From Candidatus Heimdallarchaeota archaeon (lineage in GTDB: Archaea > Asgardarchaeota > Heimdallarchaeia > Heimdallarchaeales > Heimdallarchaeaceae), in contig JAAFKJ010000080.1 of assembly GCA_021399395.1 (NCBI GenBank), positions 1 through 30,090 of the forward strand: 30,090 nucleotides of DNA, given 5' to 3'. The notes beneath the pieces were generated by a model, which did no database searches, was not told the DNA's origin, and was given only the letters and a program-made list of their open reading frames with translations. The position numbers and the translations under genes were made by a program. Shown here piece after piece: positions 27,093-30,090 of the stretch (its first letter is position 1; every line of letters begins with the position of its first letter).

Positions 27093-29231
27093 ATGCCTGA
27101 GCTACGTGGAATTGTCAAAGGGATGGACTGTGCTAACTGCGTTGCTAAAGTAAAGAAGAACATAGAGAACTTACCAGGCATTGAAGATGTAAAAATCAAT
27201 CTTATTTCAACGAAGTTGATAGTTGATTATAACGAAGATGTATCTTCAGAACGAGATATCATCAAGAGTATCAAGAGGAGCGGGTATGGATTTGATAGAG
27301 CTTATGAGGCGAAGTCATTTTTCAATCTTAAACATAATAGGAATTTGCTTTTTTTTCTAATAGGTGCAGTGTTTTTAATTATTGCTTTATGTTTTGATTA
27401 TCTAGAAATAGACCATTTCTATCCATGGTTCTATCTACCAATAATAATCATCGGTGGAATACCTATTTACATAAAGGCTTTTGCTTCAATTAGAGCAAAA
27501 ACAATCGATATTGATATCCTAATGGTTATAGCAGTAATTGGGGCAATGATAATCGGTTTCTGGGAGGAAGCTGGAGCGATTATAGTTCTTTTTACCCTTG
27601 CTGAGTTATTAGAAGCATTTTCTATGGATAAAGCTCGAGAGTCTATTAGATCTTTAATGGATTTAACACCTCCAACAGCTACTAGATTGTTGAAAGGAAG
27701 AAAACACGAAGAAGTGCCATTAGAGGATCTGGTAGTAGGCGATAGAGTGAGTATAAAACCCGGTGGAAGGGTACCTATCGATGGTAAAGTAGATTGGGGA
27801 ACTACAACAGTTGATCAGAGTCCTATTACAGGAGAATCTTTACCAGTACATAAGAAGATAGGAGACCAAGTGTTCTCCGGTTCCATTAATCTTGACGGAT
27901 ATATTATCATTCGTGTAACCAGTATGCCAGAAGAAAGTACAGTTGCAAGAATAAGAAAATTGATCGAGGAAGCAGAACAACAGAAATCAAAAAGAGAACA
28001 ATTTATTCAGAAGTTTGCTAAATATTACACACCAGCAATGGTTGGAATCGCTCTGCTAGTTTTTCTAATTCCAGGGATTTTTCTAAACATACCAGTAGAT
28101 ATTTCAGTACTGCAAAATTGGCTTTATTACAGCATTGTAATCTTGGTAATATCATGTCCATGTGCATTGGTTCTTTCAACACCAATTACTGTTGTTACAG
28201 CAATAACACGTGCCTCTAAAAGAGGAGTGTTAGTAAAAGGTGGGAAATATCTTGAAGCAATATCTGATATAAAGACAATAGCCGTGGATAAAACAGGCAC
28301 ACTATCCACTGGCAGACTCAAATTATACAAGACAGAAGCGTTTGAAGGTTTTACTGAAAGGGAAATTATAGAGATTGCTTATAGTCTTGAAACTCATTCC
28401 GAACATAAAATCGCTGAATCGATTATTGAACTAGGAAAGAAAATGGGTGTTAGACAACTTGGTTTTAAGGATGTTAAAATCATTCCAGGTAAGGGAATAC
28501 AAGGAACAAGGAAGAAGAAAACTTACTACATTGGAAATGAAGCTTTGATTGACGATGTCATCGGTTTGGAATCTTGTGATTTAGATTGTGAAGAAAGCGA
28601 AAGTGTAGTTAGTTATATCCTGGAAGATAAGAAAATAATCGCACATCTACACATGTCCGATGAATTAAGAAGCGAAACAAAGGAATCAATTGATGAACTA
28701 AAAAAATTGGGTATAAAAGAAATTGTCATGCTGACTGGAGATAACGAAGAAGTAGCATCGAAGATAGCAGCTGAACTTGAGATTTCCTATGCAGCTGAAC
28801 TATTACCCGAACAAAAGATGCAGTATATACAAAATCTGAAAGACCAAAATCAACCAATAGTCATGATTGGCGATGGAATCAATGATGCCCCCGCTCTTAC
28901 TCTAGCTGATGTAGGTGTAGCTATGGGGGCAGCTGGTACTGCAATTGCTATCGAAACAGCTGATATAGTTCTCTCATCGGATAACTTGTTCAGTATCCCC
29001 TATTTGTTCAAATTAAGTAAGGATACTAAACGAACTATCCAGATCAATATTGCTATATCTTTATTCATCAAATTCATGTTTTTTGCTTTAGTCTTCTTAA
29101 GCGTAGCAATCCCTAGCATTGCCAGTTTCTTTGGAAACTCATTATTGTGGATTTCAGTTCTTGTTGGGGACATGGGTGCTTCTTTATTGGTTATCCTAAA
29201 TGCTATGTTAGTTGGCAAAAAAAGATACTAA
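27093..29231 (+). CDS. Heavy-metal-translocating P1B-type ATPase (Zn/Cd/Pb ZntA/CadA-like)
   Basis: HMA GMDCANC, TGES, CPC, DKTGTLS, MLTGD and GDGINDAPAL. TM Lys (LFIKF) and GDMG are typical of P1B-2. Confidence 0.93.
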   Translation: MPELRGIVKGMDCANCVAKVKKNIENLPGIEDVKINLISTKLIVDYNEDVSSERDIIKSIKRSGYGFDRAYEAKSFFNLKHNRNLLFFLIGAVFLIIALCFDYLEIDHFYPWFYLPIIIIGGIPIYIKAFASIRAKTIDIDILMVIAVIGAMIIGFWEEAGAIIVLFTLAELLEAFSMDKARESIRSLMDLTPPTATRLLKGRKHEEVPLEDLVVGDRVSIKPGGRVPIDGKVDWGTTTVDQSPITGESLPVHKKIGDQVFSGSINLDGYIIIRVTSMPEESTVARIRKLIEEAEQQKSKREQFIQKFAKYYTPAMVGIALLVFLIPGIFLNIPVDISVLQNWLYYSIVILVISCPCALVLSTPITVVTAITRASKRGVLVKGGKYLEAISDIKTIAVDKTGTLSTGRLKLYKTEAFEGFTEREIIEIAYSLETHSEHKIAESIIELGKKMGVRQLGFKDVKIIPGKGIQGTRKKKTYYIGNEALIDDVIGLESCDLDCEESESVVSYILEDKKIIAHLHMSDELRSETKESIDELKKLGIKEIVMLTGDNEEVASKIAAELEISYAAELLPEQKMQYIQNLKDQNQPIVMIGDGINDAPALTLADVGVAMGAAGTAIAIETADIVLSSDNLFSIPYLFKLSKDTKRTIQINIAISLFIKFMFFALVFLSVAIPSIASFFGNSLLWISVLVGDMGASLLVILNAMLVGKKRY

Positions 29232-29299
29232 AATGAAAACTAATTGCCAAAGAAGTAGATTAATAAACATTTTTGTTAAATGAGAATTGGTTAATAATT

Positions 29300-30090
29300 A
29301 TGAGTAAATCAGATAAGACCTTAAGTAAACCAGTTGTTTATGTTTTAATTGGGTTGATTATATTAAGTTCTATTTTCGCAATAATGATGTTTGGACCCGG
29401 TCCTGGCCCTACAAATTCGTTGTTTGATACTTCATTGCGTTTTTACACTAAAGGTACTCAAGAGTTATATTATGTTGATTATGCACAAGATATTATTCAA
29501 GATATAAGAGAAATTGGTGTAGATGTTACAGGCTTGCCATCAGAGTACACAATTTTTCTTGATGAGGTATTTGGTTCAAAAGAATACGAAATGGCTGTGG
29601 TAGAATTTGAAGGGTTAAATTCGCCGCATCTTGATTTATTACTCAGAGAAAATTCGAGTTATAACATTTTCAATTTTAACGATGATATGGATAATGAAAT
29701 TACTCTGAACCTACTGAATAACATCACAATTGAGACTGATTTTAATACAAGACAAACACTAATGTATCAATTACAAGAGCATGTTATGTCCAATGTTCTT
29801 CCCATGGTTCCCTTATTCACCCCCGTAAGAACATTTGCTTATTGGGATAATATAGAGGGTTTCACTAGTACTATGGGTATATCAGATAGTTTATCCTACA
29901 TGACTTTCAATGGTTTACATGAATATCAAGACTCATTAGATGAATTGTTTATCGGAGCTGGGCGATGGTTTGATCTTAATCCGTTATCAATGAGTGAAGA
30001 TGCAGAAAAATTGATTGTCTCACTGATGATGGACAAACTCATTGCAGTAGATGAAGAAGGTAGGGCTACTAAATCGGGGTTAATTGATGA
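29300..30090 (+). CDS. ABC transporter substrate-binding protein, family 5 (OppA/DppA-like), 3'-truncated; absent from the supplied ORF track
   Basis: Manually translated, open to the window end: MSKSDKTLSKPVVYVLIGLIILSSIFAIMMF (TM)…AQDIIQDIREIGVDV…RQTLMYQLQEHVMSNVLPMVPLF…DLNPLSMSEDAEKLIVSLMMDKLIAVDEEG. Confidence 0.8.
   Translation, partial: MSKSDKTLSKPVVYVLIGLIILSSIFAIMMFGPGPGPTNSLFDTSLRFYTKGTQELYYVDYAQDIIQDIREIGVDVTGLPSEYTIFLDEVFGSKEYEMAVVEFEGLNSPHLDLLLRENSSYNIFNFNDDMDNEITLNLLNNITIETDFNTRQTLMYQLQEHVMSNVLPMVPLFTPVRTFAYWDNIEGFTSTMGISDSLSYMTFNGLHEYQDSLDELFIGAGRWFDLNPLSMSEDAEKLIVSLMMDKLIAVDEEGRATKSGLID

Overview
AT-rich (roughly one-third GC by eye) archaeal chromosomal segment. It shows TATA/BRE-like promoters, oligo-T terminators, GGTGA/GGAGG ribosome-binding motifs, and secreted proteins with C-terminal TM+basic anchors. 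This is most consistent with an Asgard (Heimdallarchaeia-like) archaeon, but that assignment is inference. The top find is at the left edge (1-3674): a translationally coupled four-gene operon that looks like a minimal archaeal Smc5/6-type complex. It comprises an Smc5/6-like SMC (5'-truncated), a kleisin candidate, a tandem winged-helix KITE (Nse1/Nse3-like), and a Cys-rich RING-like Zn-finger protein that looks like the free-standing C-terminal half of eukaryotic Nse1. A second candidate is an unannotated ~275-nt multi-hairpin RNA (20445-20718, minus strand) with its own TATA box and repeated CAAG motifs. The rest is housekeeping/envelope: an Fe3+/thiamine-type ABC permease with an inserted LVIVD beta-propeller plus its binding protein, an alkaline-phosphatase-superfamily enzyme, a transglutaminase-like protein, a GNAT, a bacterial/eukaryote-type PGK, a phytol-kinase/DUF92 fusion, TPR and RDD proteins, a GT4, an M20 amidohydrolase, a FixC/GGR-ferredoxin-SCP2 operon, a P1B ATPase, and a 3'-truncated, apparently permuted family-5 solute-binding protein. 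No rRNA, tRNA, CRISPR array or transposase was recognised.
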